Numbered from the stretch's first letter, positions 9,386 through 17,687 are shown. The stretch is 22,462 bases of DNA from Cyanobacteria bacterium J06626_4 (GCA_038523235.1 JBCBJQ010000097.1:1-22462); one strand, 5' to 3'. Notes: generated by a model not told the origin, from the letters alone. Translations and numbers: made by a program.

Positions 9386-9440
9386 CCCGCCGCTGCCTTG
9401 CAGACGCATAAACGTCACGTGTCTGCAAGGCAACGGTGGG
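9386..9440. repeat. 22-bp imperfect inverted repeat (long hairpin)
   Basis: CCCGCCGCTGCCTTGCAGACGC (9386-9407) pairs with GTGTCTGCAAGGCAACGGTGGG (9419-9440): 19 Watson-Crick pairs, 2 G-U, 1 mismatch, 11-nt loop on the + strand. Confidence 0.75.
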
Positions 9441-9674
9441 GTGAACCAAAAGAAGCGCGGTGTCTGGATCTTGGGGAAGGTTGATCCCGATTTTTAGACG
9501 ACCTGATCGAAAAAGAAAACCCGTTGGGTAGGCTTTCTAGCCTGCCCCCACCCCACCTGTTTGCGGCTCCGTAACCGACCCGCTCAGGAACGGCCAGGAT
9601 GGCCATCAAACCCGCTCGGTATCAGCTGGGGCGTGAGGACTGGGGACCAGCGGTGGGGGAATTTAAGGCCATTG

Positions 9675-9704
9675 AGTATAAGCGTCGCGCGGAAATTTTG
9701 TCCA
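9675..9704 (-). promoter_or_regulatory. Putative sigma70-type promoter
   Basis: Minus strand TGGACA (9704-9699), 18-nt spacer, TATACT (9680-9675). Confidence 0.4.
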
Positions 9705-9732
9705 CTCGGTGGCGGCGGGCAAACATTAGCAG

Positions 9733-10143
9733 TCATTCAGAAGGGCTCATGTCACCATACTGGGCCGAGCGCGAAGGCGTGCCATCGAGACTCAGGGCTC
9801 CTGCCCCGGCATAGATCACCATGAGCAATCCGCCGACCAGACCCAGGTTTTTGAGAAACGGATTAATCTGACTCGGATCGCCAATCGGGTTGTGAAAGAC
9901 CAGCGTCGCCGGAATCAAAAACAAAATCAGCAGCGTCGCGCCAATGTTGACCTTATAGCCCACGATGAGCGACACCGCCCCCAAGAGCTGAAAGATCACC
10001 GTACCGGCTGCCAGCACCGGTGCCAGCGGCAGCGTTTGGGCGATCGATTCCACAAAGCCACCAAAACCCAGGAGATGGCGAATGCCAGCGTTCAAAAAGA
10101 CTAAAGACAACGCGATGCGGGCAACTAGGGGAAGATATTTCAT
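9733..10143 (-). CDS. DoxX family membrane protein
   Basis: LVARIALSLVFLNAG, QLLGAVSLIVGYK, FLIPATLVFH, FLKNLGLVGGLL, GAGALSLD; four TM segments. Confidence 0.92.
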   Translation of the reverse strand: MKYLPLVARIALSLVFLNAGIRHLLGFGGFVESIAQTLPLAPVLAAGTVIFQLLGAVSLIVGYKVNIGATLLILFLIPATLVFHNPIGDPSQINPFLKNLGLVGGLLMVIYAGAGALSLDGTPSRSAQYGDMSPSE

Positions 10144-10458
10144 AGCAGATAGAGCGGTAGGGGTGTGAGAGGGCAGCTAGACCAATTCTGAGGATTCGAG
10201 ACTCTCGATGTCAGCTGGGCAACGCCAGGGATCTTAGGGGCAGGGGGGCAGATTTGGCGTCTGGTTTCAGAGCATCAGTGTGCAACAGTATCAGCGCCGA
10301 CGGGTCGCCAAACGATGTCGCGATCGCCCTCCGATATATTCTGCCGTAGCCAACCAGGACTTGACGGATTTCCCTTAGCCTTAATTCAGCCTTAAATCTT
10401 CCGTCTGGCATCAAAGCAATCGATCCGCCGGCGTCCCCCCGCTGCTGAACCGGCAAAT

Positions 10459-11727
10459 TCATCGCGGTTTGGTCATGGGTAAAAGCTGCCGGAGGGCGCG
10501 ATCGCCCAATCCATAGTTTTGCACCCAGGTCAGCAACACTAAAAGACGGCTACGATACCCCGGCAGATAAGTGACATGCACCAATAGCCACATCAACCAG
10601 GCCAAAAAACCGCCAAAATTGACTCCGGCGATGCGACCCACGCCGCCATAGCCGCCCACGATGGCTAACCGGCCCTTGTTCCAATAGCGAAAGGGCTGCA
10701 GTGGTTGGCCCCGCATCTGACGCTGCAGATTTCGCGCGACTGCCACGCCCTGCTGCAGAGCTGCAGGAGCCACACTGGCCGGTGCTGAGTCCTGATTGGC
10801 GTGGTGCACCACATCGCCAATGGCGTATACATTGGGATGTTCGAACACCTGTAGCGTATTGCTCACCATGAGCTGCCCTTGGGGGGCTGACTCTAGAGGC
10901 TGAGCCAGGGCAGGCAAAGCGGCTTGTGTACCCGCCGCCCAAATGACCGTCGCTGTGGCGATCGCCACTTGGTTTGAAAGCTTGACCTGGCTAGCAGTGA
11001 CCGCCGCTATTTTGGTATTGAGGTGTACTTCGACCCCGAGTTGAGTGAGCTGACGGTGGGTATAGTTGCCCAACCGTTGCGCAAATTCTGGCAGCAGGTT
11101 GGCCCCTGACTGCACCAGTACAATCCGCCCCAGACCCGCCAGCTCAGGAAAGTCTCGCTGGGCGGCACCGCGCCACCACTCGGCTAGGGACCCAGCCACT
11201 TCGACCCCCGTCGCCCCGCCCCCGACGATGGTAAAGGTCAGCAGTTGACGCTGCAGCTCTCGATCAGGAGTGGCGGCCGCCTGTTCAAAACAGGCCAACA
11301 GATGCTGGCGTAGGGCGATCGCATCCGCCAGGCTTTTCAGCGAAAAGCTGTGTTCTGGGGCACCCGGCACTTGGTGATAGCTCGACTGCGTGCCCGTGGC
11401 GATCACCAGATAGTCATAGGAGATCAGGTTCGAGCCCGTATCGATCAGCTTGTTCACAAAATCAATGCGCTCAACCTGGGCTTGCATAAATCGCACGTTC
11501 TTCATCCGGCGCAATTTCGTGCGAATGGGATAGGCCACCAAGCTGGGCTCGAGCTGGGCCGTCGCTACCTGGTAAATCAGTGGAATAAACGTGTGGTAGT
11601 TATTGCGGTCAATCAGTAAAACATCAGCTGCCGCCCCCGCCAACGACTGCGCGGCCTGAAAACCGCCAAAGCCAGCGCCAATAATTACGATGCGATCGCG
11701 TGCGCTTTCACGTGGCCCAGCAGTCAT
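10459..11727 (-). CDS. Type II NAD(P)H dehydrogenase-like FAD-dependent oxidoreductase
   Basis: GAGFGG, LIDRNNYHTFIPLIYQVAT, YDYLVIATG, IVGGGATGVEVAG, IWAAG, VYAIGD, C-terminal GFLAWLMWLLVH membrane-attachment segment. Confidence 0.9.
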   Translation of the reverse strand: MTAGPRESARDRIVIIGAGFGGFQAAQSLAGAAADVLLIDRNNYHTFIPLIYQVATAQLEPSLVAYPIRTKLRRMKNVRFMQAQVERIDFVNKLIDTGSNLISYDYLVIATGTQSSYHQVPGAPEHSFSLKSLADAIALRQHLLACFEQAAATPDRELQRQLLTFTIVGGGATGVEVAGSLAEWWRGAAQRDFPELAGLGRIVLVQSGANLLPEFAQRLGNYTHRQLTQLGVEVHLNTKIAAVTASQVKLSNQVAIATATVIWAAGTQAALPALAQPLESAPQGQLMVSNTLQVFEHPNVYAIGDVVHHANQDSAPASVAPAALQQGVAVARNLQRQMRGQPLQPFRYWNKGRLAIVGGYGGVGRIAGVNFGGFLAWLMWLLVHVTYLPGYRSRLLVLLTWVQNYGLGDRALRQLLPMTKPR

Positions 11728-11761
11728 AGCGACTCTACCTGAGGTAGCAATAGATTAGATA

Positions 11762-11775
11762 TTAACTTAAGTTAA
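11762..11775. promoter_or_regulatory. Perfect 14-bp palindrome, candidate operator
   Basis: TTAACTTAAGTTAA, 35 nt upstream of the NDH-2 start, adjoining TAATAT/TAATCT -10-like hexamers on the minus strand. Confidence 0.55.
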
Positions 11776-11887
11776 GTTGGCAGCGAGAAACCTCCGCCTA
11801 GGGGCGGATTAACATAGGTGAACCGGCTGCCCAGCCGCGCCTCTGCCACTGATGACGCGCCCTGATCCATTGCTTCGTCTGTGGTGA

Positions 11888-12388
11888 CTAAGGACAATAC
11901 AGCGTGTCGCGCGTATTGCGCCCCGTCACCGGGTTAGTGCCTTGAGCCACGTCGCAGAGCAGATCGTTGACCTTGGGGTCGAGTAGCACGTCGGTAAAAT
12001 CAGCCCCGTCAATAATCGCCCCGCGAAAGTCGGTGTCAAAGGCGTAGGCCCCTTCGAGGATGGCATTTGTCAGGTTGGTACGAATAAAGCGGGCACTGTC
12101 TAAGGTGGCCCCCGTCATATTGACGCCGGTCATGTCGGCTTGGCTAAAAGTCGTGTCAAACAGGCGTGCTCCGCGCATATCGGCATTGTGCAGGTCAGCA
12201 TTCGCGAGATCTGCCCGCGTGAAATCGTCACCCCGCAGGTCTCGGTTCGAGAAATCTGACATGCGTAGGCTTTGCCGGTCGTAGCTGGTCGCATAGGCTG
12301 GCGACGGTCCCCCTCCCAGACAGAGCGCAAATAGCAAGAAACTGAGGACAACACACCGCGCGATCGCCTGCATCTTCACAAATTTCAT
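11888..12388 (-). CDS. Pentapeptide repeat protein, exported/lumenal type
   Basis: Signal peptide ending PAYA, A(D/N)LXX repeats (ADLAN ADLHN ADMRG ... TNLTN AILEG), and the IDGADFTDV...LC...GTNPVTGRNTRDTLYC tail typical of lumenal cyanobacterial/plastid pentapeptide proteins. Confidence 0.93.
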   Translation of the reverse strand: MKFVKMQAIARCVVLSFLLFALCLGGGPSPAYATSYDRQSLRMSDFSNRDLRGDDFTRADLANADLHNADMRGARLFDTTFSQADMTGVNMTGATLDSARFIRTNLTNAILEGAYAFDTDFRGAIIDGADFTDVLLDPKVNDLLCDVAQGTNPVTGRNTRDTLYCP

Positions 12389-12451
12389 CGCCCCGACTGC
12401 CCACTGCTCAACTCCCTGATCCTACTCGGTGAGGGGAACCAGTGAAAACAT

Positions 12452-12515
12452 AAAATCGCCGTCCTGCATGCTGAGCCTCAAGCTGAGATAACAGCAATAC
12501 AAATACGGCGATTTT
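12452..12515 (-). terminator. Long hairpin followed by a U-rich tract, probable terminator of the upstream minus-strand gene
   Basis: AAAATCGCCGT (12452-12462) / ACGGCGATTTT (12505-12515) perfect 11-bp arms with nested inner stems; the minus strand runs out as ...GATTTTATGTTTT. Confidence 0.5.
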
Positions 12516-12566
12516 GACTGCAGCGATGAAGTCAGGGTGAACGGCGACGGAGTCGCCATATCTAAG

Positions 12567-13280
12567 CTACCGGCTGAGCAACGGTCGCATGATCAAGAAA
12601 CCCGCGCCAAAGGCCGAAACGACTACCAGTAGAATCGTTGTCGCCAGCCACAAGTTACCCATGTCAGACCGTGAAGCCACCTTACTGAGGGGGCGCATGC
12701 CTTCGGGCTGCTCGGTAAACAGCTTCTGCTTGTTCACCTTATTGCGATTGGGCTTAGGGCGATCGCGCTTACGGGCTTTAGGCTGCGGCACAATGGCCTG
12801 AGCCTGAGGCTGCCGCTCAGTCGCGGGGGACGCTGTCGGCTGGACGGCAGCGGGCGGTTCCGAGGGCGGCGCAACCGGCGCGACAGCCTCAGCTGGGGCA
12901 GCTTTGGGGGCTGCAGGGGTGACGGGCGGCTGAGCAAAAAAGTCGAAACGGGTGGAGGGCGCTTCGCGCTCGATCACCACACGGTTCGGCATAGCAGCTG
13001 AGGCTTCTGGCGGAGCAATCCCAGCGAAATGTCCAAGCTGTTCGGCTGATTGCACAAACCGTTGAATTTCAGTACGTAACAGCGTGTTCTGGCGTAGCAA
13101 CTGCTGGTTTTGCTGCGTCAGGGCATCCAGGGTAGTCTGCGTCAGCTTAAGTTCCGTCGCTAGCTCGCGATACACCGAAATCGGTACCGCCGGTGAGTAG
13201 CTACCGGGGGCGGCGGCACCGACCGCGCCAGCCACAGAATACCGTTGAGCATCAGATTTAATAGGGGCGTTCATTGTCAC
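12567..13280 (-). CDS. Hypothetical protein: N-terminal coiled coil, Pro/Ala linker, single C-terminal TM anchor
   Basis: VPISVYRELATEL...QNQQLLRQN coiled coil, low-complexity middle, WLATTILLVVVSAFGAGFLIMRPLL tail. Start GTG 13280 or ATG 13274. Confidence 0.85.
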   Translation of the reverse strand: MTMNAPIKSDAQRYSVAGAVGAAAPGSYSPAVPISVYRELATELKLTQTTLDALTQQNQQLLRQNTLLRTEIQRFVQSAEQLGHFAGIAPPEASAAMPNRVVIEREAPSTRFDFFAQPPVTPAAPKAAPAEAVAPVAPPSEPPAAVQPTASPATERQPQAQAIVPQPKARKRDRPKPNRNKVNKQKLFTEQPEGMRPLSKVASRSDMGNLWLATTILLVVVSAFGAGFLIMRPLLSR

Positions 13281-13620
13281 TTTCCCGAGAAACGCGATAC
13301 ACCAGCGATCGCTACACAGAGCAACGACCCAGACATCGAGGAATACAGAGCAATTCAGATGCGGTAGATTCCGCCCAAAGCGTATCGCAAAAATCTAATA
13401 ATGCAACTCTTTTTTAGCGACTGGTTCAGATTGCCGGAGGGGAACTCGGCCAAATCTGGATTTTTCCCCTCTCAACGGTGGTTCAGCAGCCCATGCGGAA
13501 GCTGGGCCAATCTATAAAAGCCATCTCAGCTAGCGCTTCCTCTACATCAGAACGCGCTGCCCTGAGCCATCACAATCGCGACAGCCAGGGCGGAGGCAGC
13601 AGAGGCGCGATCGCTCAGCC

Positions 13621-16080
13621 TTACTGGGCTTCAGATACGTTGCTCACCGCCACGGGTTGAATCTCGACAGTCACTGGCGCCGGGACGCTGGGCGACACCG
13701 GATTCAGCGGTTCAAAAACTTGACTGGTGGGCATGCCCGCTTGCGGGGGCGGAGCTAGCGCGGCTCCTTTGATCGCAGGTTTCATGGCGGCAGGAGGCTC
13801 CGATAAAACACTCATTGGCCCGACGAGAGGCTCACTGTAGGGGGCGATCGCCTCCGAGGGCTCCGGGGATGACGTTGTGGGCTCAGCAGCGGTCGCTGGG
13901 GCCGGTGACGGTGCGGCCAACTCATCTTCTACTACTACCGGTTCAGCGATCGTTTTCGGCTCAGCCGCTGGGCTGTCCTTGGGCAAAATGCGCAGACTTT
14001 CAGGCAGCGCTGATTCTGGCTCATAAATGGTATTAGGGCTATCCTTCGGCCCCCATTCTTTAAGCAAGTCTTCGGGAATGGCCTCAATTTCAATATCTCG
14101 CAGTTCGTCTTCAGCGGAGGGCTCCGGTGAGGGCGACGGGGCTGGGGCACTTTCCGATTGCGATGGCGCAGCCTCAGCTGGCGTGGGAGCCGCCTCGGGA
14201 ACAGTTTTCGTCTCTGGACTCAATTCTTTGGCGTCGAAGGGGGAGGCGTCCTCCTCATTGTCACCGGTGAACGAATCGGCCCCTGCCGGTGCGGTCTCCT
14301 CTGCGGGCACGCCAGTGCCCGCGTTGAGCACCACGGAAGTGGGCATCGGGGTTTGAAACTCGCTCGAAGCAGCGCGGATTTTGGTCAACACCTGCTCCGC
14401 TTCAGTAGCGTTCGCAGGCTGGGGCTGGCCGTCTTTGATCTTGACCGGAATCAGCTCTACCTTCATTTGCCCGTCGCGCAACGAGACCTGCAATAACGCC
14501 GTTTCAGCCGTCGGGGTCTCAGCGCTGGTGCCAAAGACGAAATCACCTAAAGAGTAGGCAATAGGTCGCCCCCGATAGATTTCTGCCCCCTGCAGCTGAT
14601 GCGGATGATGACCCACGACCAGATCAGCGCCTTGATCAATTGCCAGGCGCGCCAGATTCGTCTGTGATTCGGCCGGCGTGAGGGGCGGCTCCGTTGACCA
14701 GCGATAGTTGACGACGAGCCAATCAACTTCATCGCGAATTGCCTGAATGTCTCTCACGATGTCCTGCATGTTGACGGCATTGACGCCGCTCACCGAGTCA
14801 TAGGCCGCCAGGGTAAAGTCCCGGTCATAGCTGAGGTAGGCAATCCGCTGACCCTTGACATCCATAATTTCGGGACGCCGCGCTTCGCGCTCGCTGCGGC
14901 CGGCCCCCACGCGAAAGATGCCGTTGCGATCAAGCGTATCCAAGGTTTCAGCGAGTCCCTGCTCCCCAAAGGACAGCGATTTGTCGCCGGTCAGATTCAC
15001 CACATCGACGCCGCCCGCCTTAAGCAATTCGATCGCCTCAGGTCGCTGCCGCTCTAACAATTCCTCTTCCAGTGAAGTGGCCGCTGCCGCCAACGGATCT
15101 TGCAGATTCACCATCGCGACGTCGGCTTGACGATACGCTGGCAAGCCGGAGAGCAGCTGCCCATCCTCCTCTAACTGCGCATAGGGCAGGCCATCCAAAT
15201 CCACATCGCCGCCAAATAGCAGCGTGACGGTGGGGTCTTGGGGGGCCGGCAAGCGCTCATGCTTGAGCACGCCAACGGGCTCCAAGGCCGCATTAACGAC
15301 GTTTGGTCGATCGCGCTCGGGAGCTACTTGATAGGAAATGGCAGCGTTTTCTGCCGTGGCAGCGCCCTGCGGTTGAGCCGGCGTCTGACGATCGATCAAC
15401 ACAGTTTGCTCAGGCGCGATCGCGGGGAGCTGGGGCTCACGAGCGGGGGCCGGTGGGGGAGTGGCTGAGGGCTGCGATCGCACGTCGGCACTGGTCTCGA
15501 CCGGTGCCTGAAAGGGCAGGGCGGGCTCTTGGCGGTTCGACATCACGACTTCAATCATGCAGCCAAACACAAATGCTGCCACCGCCGACCCGGTCAGCAT
15601 GGAGGCCCGTAGCGTTTTGAGCTGACCCGCCAATAGCCGCGCGGGCAAGCCCGGCAATCGCGGCGCTGACTGGCGCGCTGCCAACGTGGGCGGGATGACT
15701 GCGGCCGCAGAGCCTTTGCCCTGTTCCCGCTGCAGCCGTTCGCGCAGGGCGGGGGTCATCACCCGAATTCGCTGCTGCCAAACTGGCTGGCGCTCGCCCA
15801 CCGGTCGCGCCAGCAGATGGATACCCTCAATCAGGGGGGAATTCAGCTGCCACATCAGATGGCAAATAAATTGAGTCAGCGGCTTTTGTAGGGGTTGACG
15901 CTCAAACTCAACGATGATGCGAATGCAGCCCGGTCGCTTATCTTGGCTCACTTGAGCGTAGATTTTTTCGGGAATCAGCGGCTCATTTAGCCACAGCGCG
16001 ATCGCCCGAAATTGTCCCGCGGCTGCCAGGGCCTTAGTTGACAGCTTTTCGGGAGATAAGTTAGAGGCTGCGTTGACCAT
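13621..16080 (-). CDS. CapA (PGA_cap) family metallophosphatase-fold protein with N-terminal domain, TM helix and long acidic/Pro-rich tail
   Basis: TLLFGGDV, AMVNLQDP, GVDVVNL, YGEQGL-like FGEQGLAETLDTL, VGAGRSEREARRP, IDQGADLVVGHHPHQLQGAEIYRGRPIAYSLGDFVF. Confidence 0.88.
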   Translation of the reverse strand: MVNAASNLSPEKLSTKALAAAGQFRAIALWLNEPLIPEKIYAQVSQDKRPGCIRIIVEFERQPLQKPLTQFICHLMWQLNSPLIEGIHLLARPVGERQPVWQQRIRVMTPALRERLQREQGKGSAAAVIPPTLAARQSAPRLPGLPARLLAGQLKTLRASMLTGSAVAAFVFGCMIEVVMSNRQEPALPFQAPVETSADVRSQPSATPPPAPAREPQLPAIAPEQTVLIDRQTPAQPQGAATAENAAISYQVAPERDRPNVVNAALEPVGVLKHERLPAPQDPTVTLLFGGDVDLDGLPYAQLEEDGQLLSGLPAYRQADVAMVNLQDPLAAAATSLEEELLERQRPEAIELLKAGGVDVVNLTGDKSLSFGEQGLAETLDTLDRNGIFRVGAGRSEREARRPEIMDVKGQRIAYLSYDRDFTLAAYDSVSGVNAVNMQDIVRDIQAIRDEVDWLVVNYRWSTEPPLTPAESQTNLARLAIDQGADLVVGHHPHQLQGAEIYRGRPIAYSLGDFVFGTSAETPTAETALLQVSLRDGQMKVELIPVKIKDGQPQPANATEAEQVLTKIRAASSEFQTPMPTSVVLNAGTGVPAEETAPAGADSFTGDNEEDASPFDAKELSPETKTVPEAAPTPAEAAPSQSESAPAPSPSPEPSAEDELRDIEIEAIPEDLLKEWGPKDSPNTIYEPESALPESLRILPKDSPAAEPKTIAEPVVVEDELAAPSPAPATAAEPTTSSPEPSEAIAPYSEPLVGPMSVLSEPPAAMKPAIKGAALAPPPQAGMPTSQVFEPLNPVSPSVPAPVTVEIQPVAVSNVSEAQ

Positions 16081-16316
16081 TATTTTGATGTCTGGGGTAT
16101 CTGACGATAATCGGCGACCTCAGTCTGCCGCCAAGCCTGGAGAAAACATATCTAAAAATTGCGGGTGACAAATTCAAGAAACATGTTTGGTAGAAGCGCC
16201 AATGATGATAACAATGAATTCCCAGAAAAGCCCGACTTTGCCAATATTTTAGGCCGATTCTTTGCCGCACGTCAGCAATCCACGACCCAAAGCTCCAGGC
16301 CAGGCGTCAATGCGCC

Positions 16317-17687
16317 CTAACGACTGACCGGCACTAAATGGCCATCGTCCAAAATATGCTGCACGACCCCCCCAATCACTTCTCGCAGCATCCTTTGATT
16401 GCCACTGTTGTCGATGGTGACAGTGAGCACGTAGCGTTCGTCATCAATTTTGACCGCTGTTGAGCTGCCAATCACTTTAGAATTCTGACCGGTCTTTTCC
16501 CCGATCCAAGCCACCCGCTTGCTTCTTAGCTGACTGATGGCGGTATAGCCAAACTCCCAGTCATACTGACCGACCATCGCATCGAGAATTTCATCAGCGC
16601 CCGGACTAGAGAAGGTATAGACTTGCCGCATCATCTCCGTCACTTCATTACTCGTCATGACATTGCGACCCACGGCGCGGTTGCGAGTGGGGGCAGTGCG
16701 ATCGCCAATCAGCTTCGTACGAATCTTGGTCTGCTCGTAGCCCATCTCTTGCAGGGCGTCATCCATATAGTCCCAGCCGAGATAATCCAACAGCTGATTG
16801 GTGGCAATGTTGTTGCTCTCTTTAATCATGCGCACCATCACTTCTCGGATCGGATACTCATGACGGACGTAGATTTTGGCCCCGTTCGCATTTTCCGTCC
16901 AGTTGTGAGGCTCGACATACATCGAGTCGGTGATATCAATCTCTTCATCAACCACCTTTTTCATCAGCACCACCGCCACCGGCAGCTTGATCAGGCTGGC
17001 CGGACTCGCCGGCGGCTGATCGCCCCGGTAGTCGCGACATTCCCCCGAGAGATGACAGACCGTAATGCGAATGGCGCGAGGTCGCCCGGTAGCTTCGGCG
17101 ATGTCAGCTAAAAAGACCGACTGCAGCTGGTCAATATCCTCCGCAACGGGTCTCAGAATGGCCGCATAACCTTCCCGACGCTCGGCGGCGGCTGCCGCCA
17201 ATATCGAGTCGGGGGAAATCTGATCAAGCTGTCGCAGCGCCGATTCCCACAGATATTCCTGCTGCTGCAGTTCGGCTAGGGTCTCTTCATTATCTTCACG
17301 ACCGGCATCCCGCACAGCAATACCCTGTACAGCCAGCTCTTTGGATCGTTGGAAGTTGGCATCAGCGGCGGCCTCCATCTCTAATCTTTCGCGGGTGAGA
17401 CGGGCCGCTTGCACCACCGTAAAGTAGGGAGCGAGGTCGCCCATGCCTTGGGTCAGTTCAGACGGCACCAACGCCGGGTCATTCGCAGTGTCCCCCTCCA
17501 GCGCGATGACTTCATCCGAGTTGATGTCATTTGAGGAGGGTTGTTGCTGCCACATCGCCGTGAGTGTCGGTCGCAGCCCGCCGACCGCGACGGCGACGAC
17601 AAAGCCCGATAGAAAACCCACTCCAAACACCCAGGGAGTGTTCCAGGAACGCTGCGAAAACGTATTTTTTAGACTCTCTCCTAACAC
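16317..17687 (-). CDS. Membrane-anchored serine hydrolase, class A beta-lactamase-like / PBP-A type
   Basis: PASLIKL (SxxK), MIKESNNIATNQL (SxN), GEKTG (KTG); N-terminal TM WVFGVGFLSGFVVAVAVGGL; GTG start (exact start uncertain). Confidence 0.87.
   Translation of the reverse strand: MLGESLKNTFSQRSWNTPWVFGVGFLSGFVVAVAVGGLRPTLTAMWQQQPSSNDINSDEVIALEGDTANDPALVPSELTQGMGDLAPYFTVVQAARLTRERLEMEAAADANFQRSKELAVQGIAVRDAGREDNEETLAELQQQEYLWESALRQLDQISPDSILAAAAAERREGYAAILRPVAEDIDQLQSVFLADIAEATGRPRAIRITVCHLSGECRDYRGDQPPASPASLIKLPVAVVLMKKVVDEEIDITDSMYVEPHNWTENANGAKIYVRHEYPIREVMVRMIKESNNIATNQLLDYLGWDYMDDALQEMGYEQTKIRTKLIGDRTAPTRNRAVGRNVMTSNEVTEMMRQVYTFSSPGADEILDAMVGQYDWEFGYTAISQLRSKRVAWIGEKTGQNSKVIGSSTAVKIDDERYVLTVTIDNSGNQRMLREVIGGVVQHILDDGHLVPVSR

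Noticed and set aside
9415..9824. Short ORFs in the doxX-mmsA intergenic region (9415-9609 -, 9561-9824 +, 9599-9814 +)
   Set aside because: No RBS or recognisable motifs, two overlap doxX antisense, and the region is better explained by RNA or DNA structure.
13621..16080. Poly-gamma-glutamate capsule synthesis (cap/pgs) locus
   Set aside because: No capB/capC neighbours, and lone CapA-domain proteins are widespread.
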